Shown here: positions 1-10,598 of the stretch, piece after piece
Numbering within the stretch: the stretch's first letter is position 1
How the letters are laid out: every line of letters begins with the position of its first letter
DNA from: Takakia lepidozioides
Taxonomy: Eukaryota > Plantae > Bryophyta
Assembly (NCBI GenBank): GCA_030704615.1
Contig: CM060734.1
Coordinates: 1,426,001-1,490,000, forward strand
DNA: 64,000 nt
Direction: 5' to 3'
Notes under the pieces: generated by a model
What the model saw: the letters and a program-made list of their open reading frames with translations, nothing else
Databases searched by the model: none
Told to the model about the DNA's origin: nothing
Made by a program: the position numbers and the translations under genes

Positions 1-432
1 TGCACCATCGTAAATCGAGATTTTTGTTGTGGAGACTCTATGTCCATAGGACTCATCCTCGTAGCTTATGAGAATGTCCCCATACACTGTTTGCGATGGA
101 ATCCTCTCTGGCAGGTACGTACACCCGATGCAATCCTCGTAGGCCCACAGGCAGCACCTCCAATGATGTAGGAAGGCCGTGCGGCTTTTGGGGATGTTCC
201 ATGCTGGCGAAAACTGCAGATCAACGATTCGCAGGCACCAAAGCCGCGCAGGCCCGTCCCGGCAAGGCTGATTGTGGAGACCAGGAAGGTACTCAAGAGC
301 GGACAGGTGCACCCTCCTCTGCTGAGAGTGGTCTATCCAATCCTGCAAGTATATGAAAATATCCCCTGACTTGGGTGAGAAGTCCCACGGGGTGAGATGC
401 TTGTTTGGGCAGTTGCTGGGATACCACGCCAT
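1..432 (-). CDS. Unknown protein, 144 open codons running off the left edge (MAWYPSNCPNKHLTPWDFSPKSGDIFIYLQDWIDH...YGDILISYEDESYGHRVSTTKISIYDGA)
   Basis: Manual translation from ATG 432-430 has no stop down to base 1, so the ORF track omits it. No domain recognised. Confidence 0.4.
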   Translation of the reverse strand, partial: MAWYPSNCPNKHLTPWDFSPKSGDIFIYLQDWIDHSQQRRVHLSALEYLPGLHNQPCRDGPARLWCLRIVDLQFSPAWNIPKSRTAFLHHWRCCLWAYEDCIGCTYLPERIPSQTVYGDILISYEDESYGHRVSTTKISIYDGA

Positions 433-659
433 CGCCGACTATTGAAAGGGCTACCAGGAAGCAGAGAGGGTGCGCAGGGAAGGGGGAGTGTGGGGAAGCT
501 GAAGTGAGAGGAGCTCGGAGCGAGCAAGTGTTGTTGTTGTCTCGGTTTGAAACGCGTGGGTCACGAGCGAAGGTCGGGCAAGTGGCAAAGAAAAAGAGCA
601 ACATTTAATATAGCCGTACCCAGGAATGAGGGGCAGAATTTAATTCGACATGGCGTCAA

Positions 660-1772
660 ATCGGAGGGTGACGACACCTGGCCGACAGAGAACATCCCAC
701 GGATGGAAAAATGATGCCAAATTTCCATACGAGGCCCGTCGGATGAAGTCGTCTCGGGGGGAGAGGCCGACACCTGGCCGACAGAGAACATCCCTCGGAT
801 GGAAAAACGGCGTCGGATCACCAATGAGGCCGTTCGGATGAAGTTGTCTCGGGGGGAGAGGCCGACATCTGGCCTACAGAAATATCCCCCGGATGGCAAA
901 ACGGCGCCGAATTTCCATACGAGGCTCGTCGGATGAAGTCGTCTCAGGAGGAGAGGCCGACACCTGGCCGACAGAGAACATCCCTCGGATGGAAAAACGG
1001 CGCCGAATTTCCATCCGAGGCCGTTCGGATGAAGTTGTCTCGGGGGGAGAGGCCGACACCTGGCCGACAGAGAACATCCCACGGATGGAAAAATGGCGCC
1101 GAATTTCCATACGAGGCCCGTCGGATGAAGTCGTCTCAAGGGGAGAGGCCGACACCTGGCCGACAGAGAATGTCCCTCGGATGGAAAAACGGCGCTGAAT
1201 TTCCATCCGAGGCCGTTCGGATGAAGTTGTCTCGGGGGGAGAGGCTGACACCTGGCCGACAGAGAACATCCCCCGGATGGAAAAACGGCACCGAATTTCC
1301 ATACGAGGCCCGTCGGATGAAGTCGTCTCGGGGGGAGATGGCTACACCTGGCCAACAGAGAATATCCATCAGATGGAAAAACGGCGCCGAATTTCCATCC
1401 GAGGCTGTTCGGATGAAGTCGTCTTGGGGGGAGAGGCGGACACCTGGCCAACAGAGAACATCCCCCGGATGGAAAAACGGCGCCGAATTTCCATTCGAGG
1501 CCCGTCGGATGAAGTCGTCTCGGGGGGAAAGGCCGACACCTGGCCGAGAGAGAATATCCCCCGGATGGAAAAACGGCGCCGAATTTCCAGACGAGGCCCG
1601 TCGGATGAAGTCCTCTCGGGGGGAGAGGCCGACATCTAGCCGACAGAGAACATCCCTCGGATGGAAAAACGGCGCCGTATTTCCATCCAAGGCCGCACGG
1701 ATGGAGTCGTCTCAAGGGGAGTGGCCGAAAGAGATCATCTGCAGGATGGAAAAACGGTGCCGAATATCCATC
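660..1772. repeat. 96-bp tandem array (~11 units) with an alternating A/B 192-bp higher-order pattern; each unit holds the quasi-palindrome GGATGGAAAAACGGCGCCGAATTTCCATCC
   Basis: 32-aa periodicity in the overlapping ORFs (FPYEARRMKSS alternating with FPSEAVRMKLS); units are directly visible in the DNA. Confidence 0.95.
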
Positions 1773-1913
1773 AACAGACGCCCGTATCGACCCTTCATCA
1801 ACAATTTTGATTTTTTTTTCGCGTTTTTTTGTCTAATCAGTCACTCAACTTAGAGTTTTTCGCCCGCGGTCCACTTTTTGGCACGTTATGCCCACCAATG
1901 TCGTCCGGTAGAG

Positions 1914-2355
1914 ACAAATTCGGTGCCGGATTTCCATCCATGAGGTGGACCGACTTACTTGCAGGATGAAAATTCGGTGCCGGTTTTCCATCCTGCAGCG
2001 CTCCGGTTTACCTGCACGATGGAAATTCGGCGCCGGTTTTCATCCGGCCGCGCTCCCGCTTGCCTGCACGATGGAAATTCGACGCCGGTTTTCCATCCTG
2101 CAGCGCTCCGGTTTACTTGCAAGATGGAAATTCGGCGCCGGTTTTCCATCCGGCCGCACTCCCGCTTGCCGGCAGGATGGAAATTTGGCGCCGGTTTTCC
2201 ATCCGGCCGAGCTCCAACTTGCCTGCAGGATGGAAATTCGGCGCTGGTTTTCCATCCGGCTGCTTCTGGATGAGAACGTCTCGGGCGGAGGGAGGGCCAC
2301 GGTGCGTCCCACTTCATCCGCTGAATGGAAATTCGGCGCCGTTTTTTTCCATCCA
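1914..2355. repeat. ~53-bp tandem array of the same quasi-palindrome in the opposite orientation, with two alternating spacers
   Basis: GATGGAAATTCGGCGCCGGTTTTCCATCC recurs at about 1965, 2018, 2070, 2123, 2176 and 2229, with outliers near 1915 and 2325. Spacers alternate CAGCGCTCCGGTTTAC and GCCGCGCTCCCGCTTG. Confidence 0.9.
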
Positions 2356-2486
2356 GCGGGCTGTTGATGAAGTCTCGGGGGGAGGGTGGGCCAGGTGGCG
2401 CCTGTGGGCGACCTCCATACCTACATTTAAGGGCGCAGTTGCGCATTAAATGTCCTCCGCCGTCTGTTTTGAACCGGACGTTCCAC

Positions 2487-2811
2487 ATGGATACCGCGCT
2501 TGCTTCCCGGATACGCCTTTGACACCTGATGTGAAGGGTGGATGAAGTTCCATTCGAGGCATGTACGCACGCATTTTGCGGGAGATTTTTTCCTTTACTC
2601 GGACTTATGCCGCGTGGAGAAGGGCGTGGCTCTCTTGAGAGAAACCCCACATCCAGACCGCGTCGCAAACTGAAGCCTTTGTACTACGGGCGACAATGCG
2701 GCAATGCCGACCAGCCGAACGGCGACAAAGCGGCAACGCGCCTTCTATACAGGTACATACGCGTTGCCTTTCTTTGATCCGTGGCCATTGTAGTCCCTAC
2801 ATTTCCAGGAT
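2487..2811 (+). pseudogene. Possible degenerate exon of unknown function
   Basis: One frame (MDTALASRIRL*HLM*RVDEVPFEAC...VAFL*SVAIVVPTFPG) broken only by three TGA codons, ending at a GTAAGT donor at 2812. Confidence 0.25.
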
Positions 2812-2855
2812 GTAAGTTGCCTTATGTGGCGCATGAAAATTAGTTGTGAAGCCCC

Positions 2856-3270
2856 TAGAAAAATGGCGCCGAATTTCCTGTTTCCGGCCATGGGGCGGAT
2901 GGCTAAGCCCCGGGGGTGGCTGGCACAGTCTGGAAATTCGGCGCCATTTCTCCAGTTCCGGGCCCAGTCAGTTTTGGGACTTAGCCATTTTTGGACCCTG
3001 TACTGGAAAAATGGCGCCATTTTTCCAGTACAGGGTCCGAAAATGGCTAAGTCCCTGGGGCGGATGGCACATATTCTGGAAATTCGGCACCATTTTTCCA
3101 GTTCCGGGCTCAGTCATTTCTGGGACTTAGCCATTTTTGGACCCTGTACTGGAAAAATGGCTAAGTCCCTGGGGCGGATGGCACATATTCTGGAAATTCG
3201 GCGCCATTTTTCCAGTTCCGGGCCCAGTCAGATCTAGGACTTAGCCATTTTCAGACCCAATCTAGAAAAA
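2856..3270. repeat. Third array of a variant palindrome (CTGGAAATTCGGCGCCATTTTTCCAG, both orientations) with TGGCTAAGTCCC/GGGACTTAGCCA inverted motifs
   Basis: Visible directly; lies between the donor GTAAGT at 2812 and the acceptor TGCAG ending at 3304. Confidence 0.85.
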
Positions 3271-3304
3271 TGGATGTGATTATGTCTGTGTTTTTTGAAT
3301 GCAG

Positions 3305-5082
3305 GTACTGTAAGTTCTCCCTGTTGGAGAAAGGTCATCTGTCCTTCTAGCGGCCATTCTTCCTCGCATGGAGGAACCCTGGAGCTGACTCCATGTACAC
3401 TAACGTTATCGTGAAGGAGTGGCATCTGGAGCATTTGCGCGACTGCCCTTGGTATGTGGACCTTCCAGCCGGCTCGCTCGACTCATCCGAGTTCCAATTG
3501 AAGCTGGATGCGGAGGCCCGACGAAACCGGGCTCAACTGCATCCGTTGGGTCCAAAGGAGGCGAAAGCGCTTGCCAAGTCCAGGAAAGCGGCAGAGCTTG
3601 CTCAGGCAGGTATTCAGGAGAAATTGAATGAGAAGAATAAAGGACAAATGAAAAGGACACGGAAACAGGGGAGTAAAGTAACCCCCAAAAAACAGAAAAC
3701 CATCGGGGCACCAGAGGAGGCGCAGGAGGGGCCCCAAGGGAGTGACTCCGACGACGACTTTGTGCAAGGTCCTGCGACTGTTGCTGCTGCTACCAAGTCA
3801 CCGGTTGTCCGGGTTCCCAAGTTAGTTCGGACTAGGACTGGATCTGCCAAGAAGTTGGCATTTGAGGGCGAGCCTACACGGCAGTATTCGGCGGTGACGT
3901 TTCCACAAAGGCCAAAGCTAGAATCCCCAACAATCATCCAATGCGTCAATGAGAGCTTTCTTGACGCTCTGGCTGCCAGGGCGAAGAAGGTGGCACACAG
4001 CAAGTCTCTGGAGGAGCTGAAGGGGAAAGCCAAGAAGAGGGCTGCTGCTACAGAACCTAAAGACACCCGTGGTTTGGAAGCCATGATGGAATTCTTCACG
4101 GCTGTGAGCACGGATTGCAAGAGCACTCGGGGGGGGGGGGGGGGGGGGGGGTGGAGAGAGCCTGCGATATGATTCTCCTCGATATTCCAGATGGGGAGCT
4201 GCTAGAGGGCCTGGATGGTGTGCCCACCTGGAATAGGTTTACGGAGGACTACTGGAGAGCCGGGTTTGGGCTGGCGGGGTTGCTCCTGGATGACGGTGGA
4301 TGTATGGTGGTCCTTGCCACAAGAAGGAAGACCACAAAGAATGTTGTGGCAAGGTGGACACCTAAAAGTGTCACCCCGGTCCTCCTGAAAAAAATGGTTC
4401 TGCATCAATACACAGGGGTTGCGAACAGAGGGCTAGAGTGTAAGTTATCAATCTATTGCATTCACTTCATATTGTGGTGTATCTAAACTAGACCCTGGAG
4501 TGGATCCCTCTTTTGTTGGATGTGCAGACATTGGTGTTTGAGGCATATTGTTTTGTGAAGAGAGGTTCTACGTTCAAATTCCACAATGACGGTCGTCTTA
4601 TTGATGCCACTGTGGACCCTGTTACCTACGATGTCCTCTACAACTATGTGCCCCAATCCAGTATGCCGAAGGACACAAAGACAGGCAAACCGTGGCGGTA
4701 TAGCCGGACCCGGAGCCCTGCTTTCATCCAAACCCTCATGGAGACGTGCTCGGATGTCCAAGGGCGGATTCTTGACCTCACATGCGGCACGGGTAAGCCT
4801 TCACGTGCACATTTTGTCCCCTGGCCCGATTGCAATTGCATGCCGCATGCTACTAACCACCCGCTTTGTCCCTCAAGTGCTTCAATGTGGGCAGGGACGT
4901 TGTCCAACGGGCATGTCTTCGCCTTCGAGCCAGATACTGCCCTCCACAACTCTGAACTTGCAGCGGCTGAACGTCTGCCGAAAGAGGAAGAGGCATCCTC
5001 GGAGGATGAGGAAGAATCCGAGAAGGAGGTGGGGGAGGTACAAGTTGGGATCGAGGCCGATGAGCCCCCGGTTTACGAGTGA
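3305..5082 (+). pseudogene. Degenerate intron-containing gene ending in a beta-class N4-cytosine/N6-adenine DNA methyltransferase-like domain (N6_N4_Mtase-like)
   Basis: Motif IV-like DMILLDIPDG and LLLDDGGCMVV (ORF 4115-4486), then motif X/I-like RSPAFIQTLMETCSDVQGRILDLTCGTG and motif II-like GHVFAFEPD (ORF 4513-5082). The order IV...X-I-II is the beta arrangement. Lesions: TAG at 3348, poly-G frameshift near 4130-4150, intron 4793-4876 with an apparently mutated acceptor (CAA). Confidence 0.65.
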
Positions 5083-5253
5083 GTGGTCGCATTGTAAGTT
5101 GCCTCTTGATTTTGTGAGGCACCTCCCTTCGCTCTCTTATTTCATTGAAAGACCCTTTTTGGCTTCTACTGGTATTGACATTCTTAAAGTGGATTTGTTC
5201 TTACTGCAGGATGCCAAGTACTGCAGGAGGGACGTCTACATCGCAGTTCATGG

Positions 5254-5873
5254 GTATTTAGGTCCTGTAAGATGAAGTCTTTTTTTCATCCAGGTTGGAT
5301 TGAAAAAGTAGAAACTGACGGGAATTTCACAGTTTTTTAGTGAAGAAATATTTCACTAAAAAAATAGTTTTTTTTAATAAAAATATTTTGGATAAAGAAC
5401 ATCCAAAATTCCATGCAACCCAATTTTGCAATTTTTTTCAATTTCCTCAAGGATGGAAGTCAGGACAACAATTCCATAAGCCCAGTGTCCAGAGGGAGAG
5501 AGAGGGGGCAACAAAGAGAAAACAAAAAGGTGGGGGGGGGGGGTGACTAAGTAGCAACTGCTCAGTCACCCCCCCCCCCCCCCCCCCCCTTCCTCTTTTT
5601 CTTTCTGTTTCCTGGTCTCTCCCTCTGTCTCCTTGTAGACACTGGGCTTATGGAATTGTTGTCCAGACTTCCATCCTTGAGGAAATTGAAAAAAATTGCA
5701 AAATTGGGTTGCAGGGAATTTTGGATGTTCTTTCTCCAATTTTTTATTTTTTTTATAAACTATATTTTTAGTGAAATATTTCTTCACTAAAAAACTGTGA
5801 AATTCCCGTCAGTTTCTACTTTTTCAATCCAACCTGGATGAAAAAATGACTTCATCTGACAGGACCTAAATAC
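5254..5873. repeat. ~620-bp foldback (near-perfect inverted repeat) centred on GTGACTAAGTAGCAACTGCTCAGTCAC
   Basis: GTATTTAGGTCCTGTAAGATGAAGTC at 5254 pairs with GACTTCATCTGACAGGACCTAAATAC ending 5873; mirror ORFs 5340-5546(+) and 5566-5787(-). Confidence 0.95.
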
Positions 5874-8020
5874 AGGGCAAAACAGTTTTTTTTTTATATA
5901 AAAAATCCCCCATGTTTTTCATCTAACCTAGATGAAATACGGATTACATCCGTTGAAGTGCAAGACAGGATGAAAGCACGATGTCTTTCATCTTCCACGA
6001 ATGAGAAACGAACGACGTCCGTCGGACGGACAGACTGGCGGATGTTTTTCATCCTGAGAAGGATGGATGACGGGCCAGGCAGGGGAAAACCTTGCGCAAC
6101 CCTAATGTCTTTCTTTTTGCGCTGCGAGAGCGCGCGCGATGGCGGCTTTTGAGGAGCGATGGTGCTCGTGCTGCAGATACCTTGAGCTACCAATCGTTGA
6201 GTGTTTATGGCTCCTGTGAGTGACGCCTGGGCGAGCTCTTTAAGGCGATGGCGGTGGCTTAGTGATGAGGGAAGATTCCCTGTCTCAGTTGTTTGTTTTT
6301 TTGCTGCACAAGGGAAATGCGACAGTGATGGCGGAGGCACCACGTGCATGCCTAGGACGTTTCCCTAGTAGCCCTCCTCTGGATCTTTGATGAATGGCGG
6401 CACAAGGAAGTCTCTCTCCCTCCCTTTATAAACCCTACCTTTTGAAACCAAGCTCTTTTTTTCTCGTGCTTGGCAAGATCTTGCTTTGGTTAAGGTAGCA
6501 ATGTTGTGGTGCTGGCGGAGTCCTCCCTGCACGGTTAGGCTTGTGGAGAGATGGCGACTCTCCCCCAAACAGTAAAAAAGGTTCTTTTTTCTGTTGATTT
6601 TGCTTCCTTATTTCCTTTGGCATTCTATGCGCTTAGATTGAAGTGTATTTGACCTCGATAGCAAGTGTGGAAGCCTGCTACTCACCTCGTGCATCCTCAC
6701 TAACTCACAATGCGTTGTGGTTGTTTTTGGGACGGGCACAGGTGAGGGCTTCCACTTAATATTCTGATGTCTAGGTGCTGCTGGATGCCAAGTGGGATTG
6801 CAGAGCAGGGGAAGGAATCATTTGCCAGGGACTCATCCTAAAATGTTGAAAAACTAAACTACTCTATGGTTTTTCTTGATCCTGCCTCTTTCCTTCCTTG
6901 ATTTTTGAAGAACAAGTGTAATGCTTTCTACGATGGGCTAGTTCGGCCCAGCCAGTGGAAAGACTCTGTTATGATGTGACAGCCGGGTTTATGATGGCTT
7001 GTGTGAGAGACACACATCTATTTTCCAGGCCCTAGTTTGCTTTGCTTACCTTATGGTAGTTGGAAACAAATTGAGAGGCTGCAAGGAACTGTTTGCTGCA
7101 GCTACTCGGGTACCTCTGTTTAAAAGACCCCTGTTATGTTCCAACCCATATGGCTTTGATTAGCTAGATGCTTAGGCCAGGGTATGGTGAAGTTTCTGCC
7201 TGTGACTATTCGGCTGACACTGAAATATGGCAGTAATATAAATGGTAACTGGTTTTTGAGGCAGCCAGGGTGGTCAAGTGGAAATACCCCCTGGACATGG
7301 TGTAATGACATGGTCAAATATGGAATGATATGAAGGGTGTACTGACAGTACCGTATACTGTCACAGGATGTGTATGTAGTCCTTTATATTTACCTTGCTT
7401 TGTCATGAGCTTTGATTTTCAGCTGTAGCAAGAAATAAAGGTATAGGGGTGTTCTAGAAAACTTACCAGACATATCCATATCCCCTGTGGGGGCAAGTTG
7501 TACTACACACCAATCTAAACAAATACTGGCAAGGCAAGGTATTTAAATCTGTGATATCCAAGTGTTCCTTTCTTTTTTAAGAAAACCCTCCAAGCACCCA
7601 TGGGGTTTTAGTAAGTATGCTTGGATTACAGCTTGCAGACAGTAAATTTGTACGACTATGTGACCTGCACCACATCAAGGCCGAAATATGGCCCAAGTAC
7701 CTGCCATCCCACCCAGACCTATGTAAGTGTATCATGATCTTGACTGGTGGTCAATCAGCATCAGTGGCATACTCTCTGGATTATGAATCATACTGACATG
7801 AACACATTATTGTGCATGGTTGTAATTCTGGATTTTCTAAGCTTGATGATTGATGGATGGTGCCACTGTTAAGTGGCTGATATGTCTATTTATTCTTTCA
7901 TGACAACAACCCTAGGGATCATGTCTTTGTCTTGACATGACAAAAAGTATCTTCCCTCTCTTTCGTGCTGCTCACAAAAAAAAAAAACACGGAGGGAAAG
8001 AGGGGGTAGAAAAAGTTAAT

Positions 8021-8420
8021 AAGAGAGAGGGAAGATATACATGTCATGTCAAGACATGGACAAGACCGCTAAGGTCATTGTCATTGAAAGACAAAACATC
8101 CCTTTACAGGGCACCATCTAACATTCCCTTTCATGTTTACAATCTCATTTGAATACCCCATTACATTTCAGGGTCTCTGAAAAAACAGGGCGGGAGGGTG
8201 GGATTCCAGGTCATTCATATCATGAAAGCACCATAGTATGCATCATCATCTCAAAAATTCATTTCAAACTCATTTCAAAAACCAGATTGCAGGTTTGGTT
8301 TGAAGATGATGTTTTAGAACCAAGATATAAGCAAGATTCTTAAAAAAGAAAGAAGAAACAAAAGGGTAGAGCCCCCTTAAGCAGGTATAGGCCTAGAATG
8401 GTATTTTAAGGCCTCATAAA
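8021..8420 (+). repeat. ~400-bp dispersed repeat with a near-identical direct copy at ~49208-49603; its first ~45 bp are also inverted at ~7918-7960
   Basis: GAGAGGGAAGATATACATGTCATGTCAAGACATGGACAAGACC...GGCCTAGAATGGTATTTTAAGGCC in both places; ORFs 8149-8343 and 49334-49528 are almost identical. Confidence 0.9.
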
Positions 8421-8815
8421 GGCTGTAGTGTCCAACCATGTCTGTTGCCATGAGATTGTCTGATGAAAATGAAGTTAGGCAAAAAACTTCCCTGAACTTG
8501 TTTCCAGTCAGTGATACGGGGGAGGACATCTTGGATGACCTCAAGGGTCTACCCACTCTCGGCACTAGACTGAAATTTAAACTCAGGGCAGGAAGCCTAT
8601 CTTTGAACAGCAAACAGAAGCAGAGAGGAAAGGGAGAGTGCAATTGCCCGTTGTGTGGGCAATCTGAAGACAGTACTCATTTTCTGATACACTGTCCGGG
8701 GTTCTCTCACCAAAGAGACGCTCTCTTCAAATCTATCAAGGGAATTGTGCATGTACCTCTGTTTACTAACTTTGAAAAAGTCGAGGCTGAGCCAAAAGCC
8801 CAGCCCCTTCTGAGG
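8420..8815 (+). mobile_element. 3' fragment of a non-LTR retrotransposon ORF2 (C-terminal CCHC zinc finger; possibly RTE-X-like)
   Basis: KFKLRAGSLSL...CPLCGQSEDSTHFLIHCPGFSHQRDALF resembles the C-terminal zinc-finger region of LINE ORF2 proteins. Confidence 0.65.
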
Positions 8816-8834
8816 GCACCCATTTTCTATTGAA

Positions 8835-9741
8835 ATGTGGGTCAAATGGGGCAACATAACTCCTGCTGAACGCAGTAGATGTGCACAGGATGCTAAGGAG
8901 GGTTTTCAGAGAATAAAAAAGGAACCTATTGCTGTGGCATGGCCACTAAGGACCTTCTACTACAAGCTCTGTGACAAAGGTGAGAACCTTACCTTGAGGA
9001 CCAAAAATGACTTGCCGACTGGTTCGGCCAGTTCCAAAAATCACAAGAGTCAACTCTTCAACTGGCATCGTCCCTACATAAGATGTAACTGTGGACAAGG
9101 AGGGTCCCAATGTTGCTTGGTTTGACCATATGGTATGGTATATGATGAACAATCTGATTGTGTTCTTCCCTGATGATGCCTATCCTTCGGTGCAAACCAA
9201 GTATTACAGCTTTCTGGTGTGGATCATGCGGGCTGCCAGATCTGCTGTACTTGCACAAATTACCTTCCAGATGACCCGGGGCTTCATAATGGAAGCAGCT
9301 TGTGAATTCTCAATTGACCCACAAGCCAAGTTGCTTGGGAAGTTAGGAGAATCCAAGGGGGCTAGATACATTGAGAAACTTGTGAAACCTGGGTCTTTTT
9401 CAGACAGCCTTCCCAGGCCACAATTCAATAGCTACAAACGGCAGCGTATGGAGGGGCAGACGCCTCCTCAACAAGGCAAGAACAATGCCACTCGAGGCAG
9501 AGGCACCCCTGGTCGTGGAAGAGGTCTCTACCAAAGAGGAGGACGCTCTGGCAGGGGACAATACTCTACCAACACCTCTGAGAATTCAAGAGCAACGAAT
9601 CGGTCATCACTTGGGGGTTCGGGTGCTAATTCCAGTACCACCATCAACATCGCCAGCCAGGAGTCATACAAGACTCGTCGTATCACTGACGAGTTCTCCC
9701 CAATACGCAAACGAGATTTTGGATCATGGACAGATCTTTAA
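8835..9741 (+). pseudogene. PLE ORF1-like protein with RGG/RG-rich C-terminus (one frameshift near 9090, probably 5'-truncated)
   Basis: ORFs 8835-9125 and 9091-9741 (ATRGRGTPGRGRGLYQRGGRSGRG) overlap the RT frame in a different phase. Confidence 0.5.
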
Positions 9742-10598
9742 AAATCTCATTTTTGGTATGTTCCTCTACTTTGTATGTGCAGATGCGTTGTTTGGTCATG
9801 AGGATGGTTGCAGACAAATTGAAACTCATGCCTATGGCAGGAAATTTATAAAACAGGCAGCAAAACCTGCTCCCTTGGGATTCATTCATATGTTGTACCC
9901 AAACCGTGGTATGGAGTGGATAAACCCTAGGAACTTGATAAAATAAGCTTTTTTGGAATTTGGACAAAATGACTTGGCTATTCTCATCGATGAGATAGTT
10001 TTTGGATGGACATATCATAAACAAAACAGCTCTGAATACTATCAGCCTGCTGCTGTTTTCCATGATTTTTGCTTTATGCAAGACCTGATTCACTCACCAG
10101 ATTCTCTATGTGACAGTGCCAAGAGGTTTCATGATTTTCGGGATGTGGATACAAAAACAGAATTCCATCTATCTGGTTCTACACCTACGCAACACGTATG
10201 TACCATGGACCTGAATATTATTAGACACGCAAGGCTGAAAGAACTATTCAGCCTAGGTATGAATCACATCCCTCTCAAACGTACTTTGCTGAAAGACGTT
10301 GTTGAACAAGTGTCTTTGGCTTTCCACAGAACCTGTGAAATTTTACATGTAGACCCATGTGAATCTTGGGCCGCAACCTGCAGCCAATGGGTAAAAAACA
10401 CATGCTGGGATAGATTGAAACAAAAAGCCGGCAGAGGAAGGTACGACTTCACTCACCATGAGCGCAATCCTCTTACTATAAAAGAGGCAAAAGATGAACT
10501 TTCATGGCTTCTCAAATCACCTGTATTTTTCTGGTCTTGACAAGGCTAACAACAACGTCTGTTTTATGTGTGTAAAGCACATAAGAACTCAAGCCTTC
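9485..10598 (+). pseudogene. PLE reverse transcriptase ORF, N-terminal part
   Basis: ORFs 9485-9946 and 9953-10540 share a frame across one TAA; a frameshift near 10515 leads into the DKA motif; cut by the LTR at 10599. Confidence 0.75.

Larger units (their letters stand above)
8815..10598 (+). mobile_element. 5' half of a Penelope-like retroelement (PLE)
   Basis: RT N-terminal motifs HVCTMDLNIIRHARLKELFSLGMNHIP and HLYFSGLDKANNNVCFMC; ends at TSD CCTTC (10594-10598); the frame resumes at 55414 on the minus strand. Confidence 0.8.

Noticed and set aside
561-1853. Long ORFs on both strands (384 aa, 306 aa and others)
   Set aside because: By-products of a stop-poor 96-bp repeat; open in several frames with no unique domain.
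660-2355. CRISPR-like appearance (palindromic ~30-bp repeat with spacers)
   Set aside because: The spacers are themselves repeated (one or two types), there are no cas genes, and the context is eukaryotic.
5894-7900. Possible host gene between the foldback and the LINE fragment
   Set aside because: Only short ORFs without motifs; part of it (~6715-6760) matches the repeat arm at ~52955-53000, so it is probably repeat-derived.
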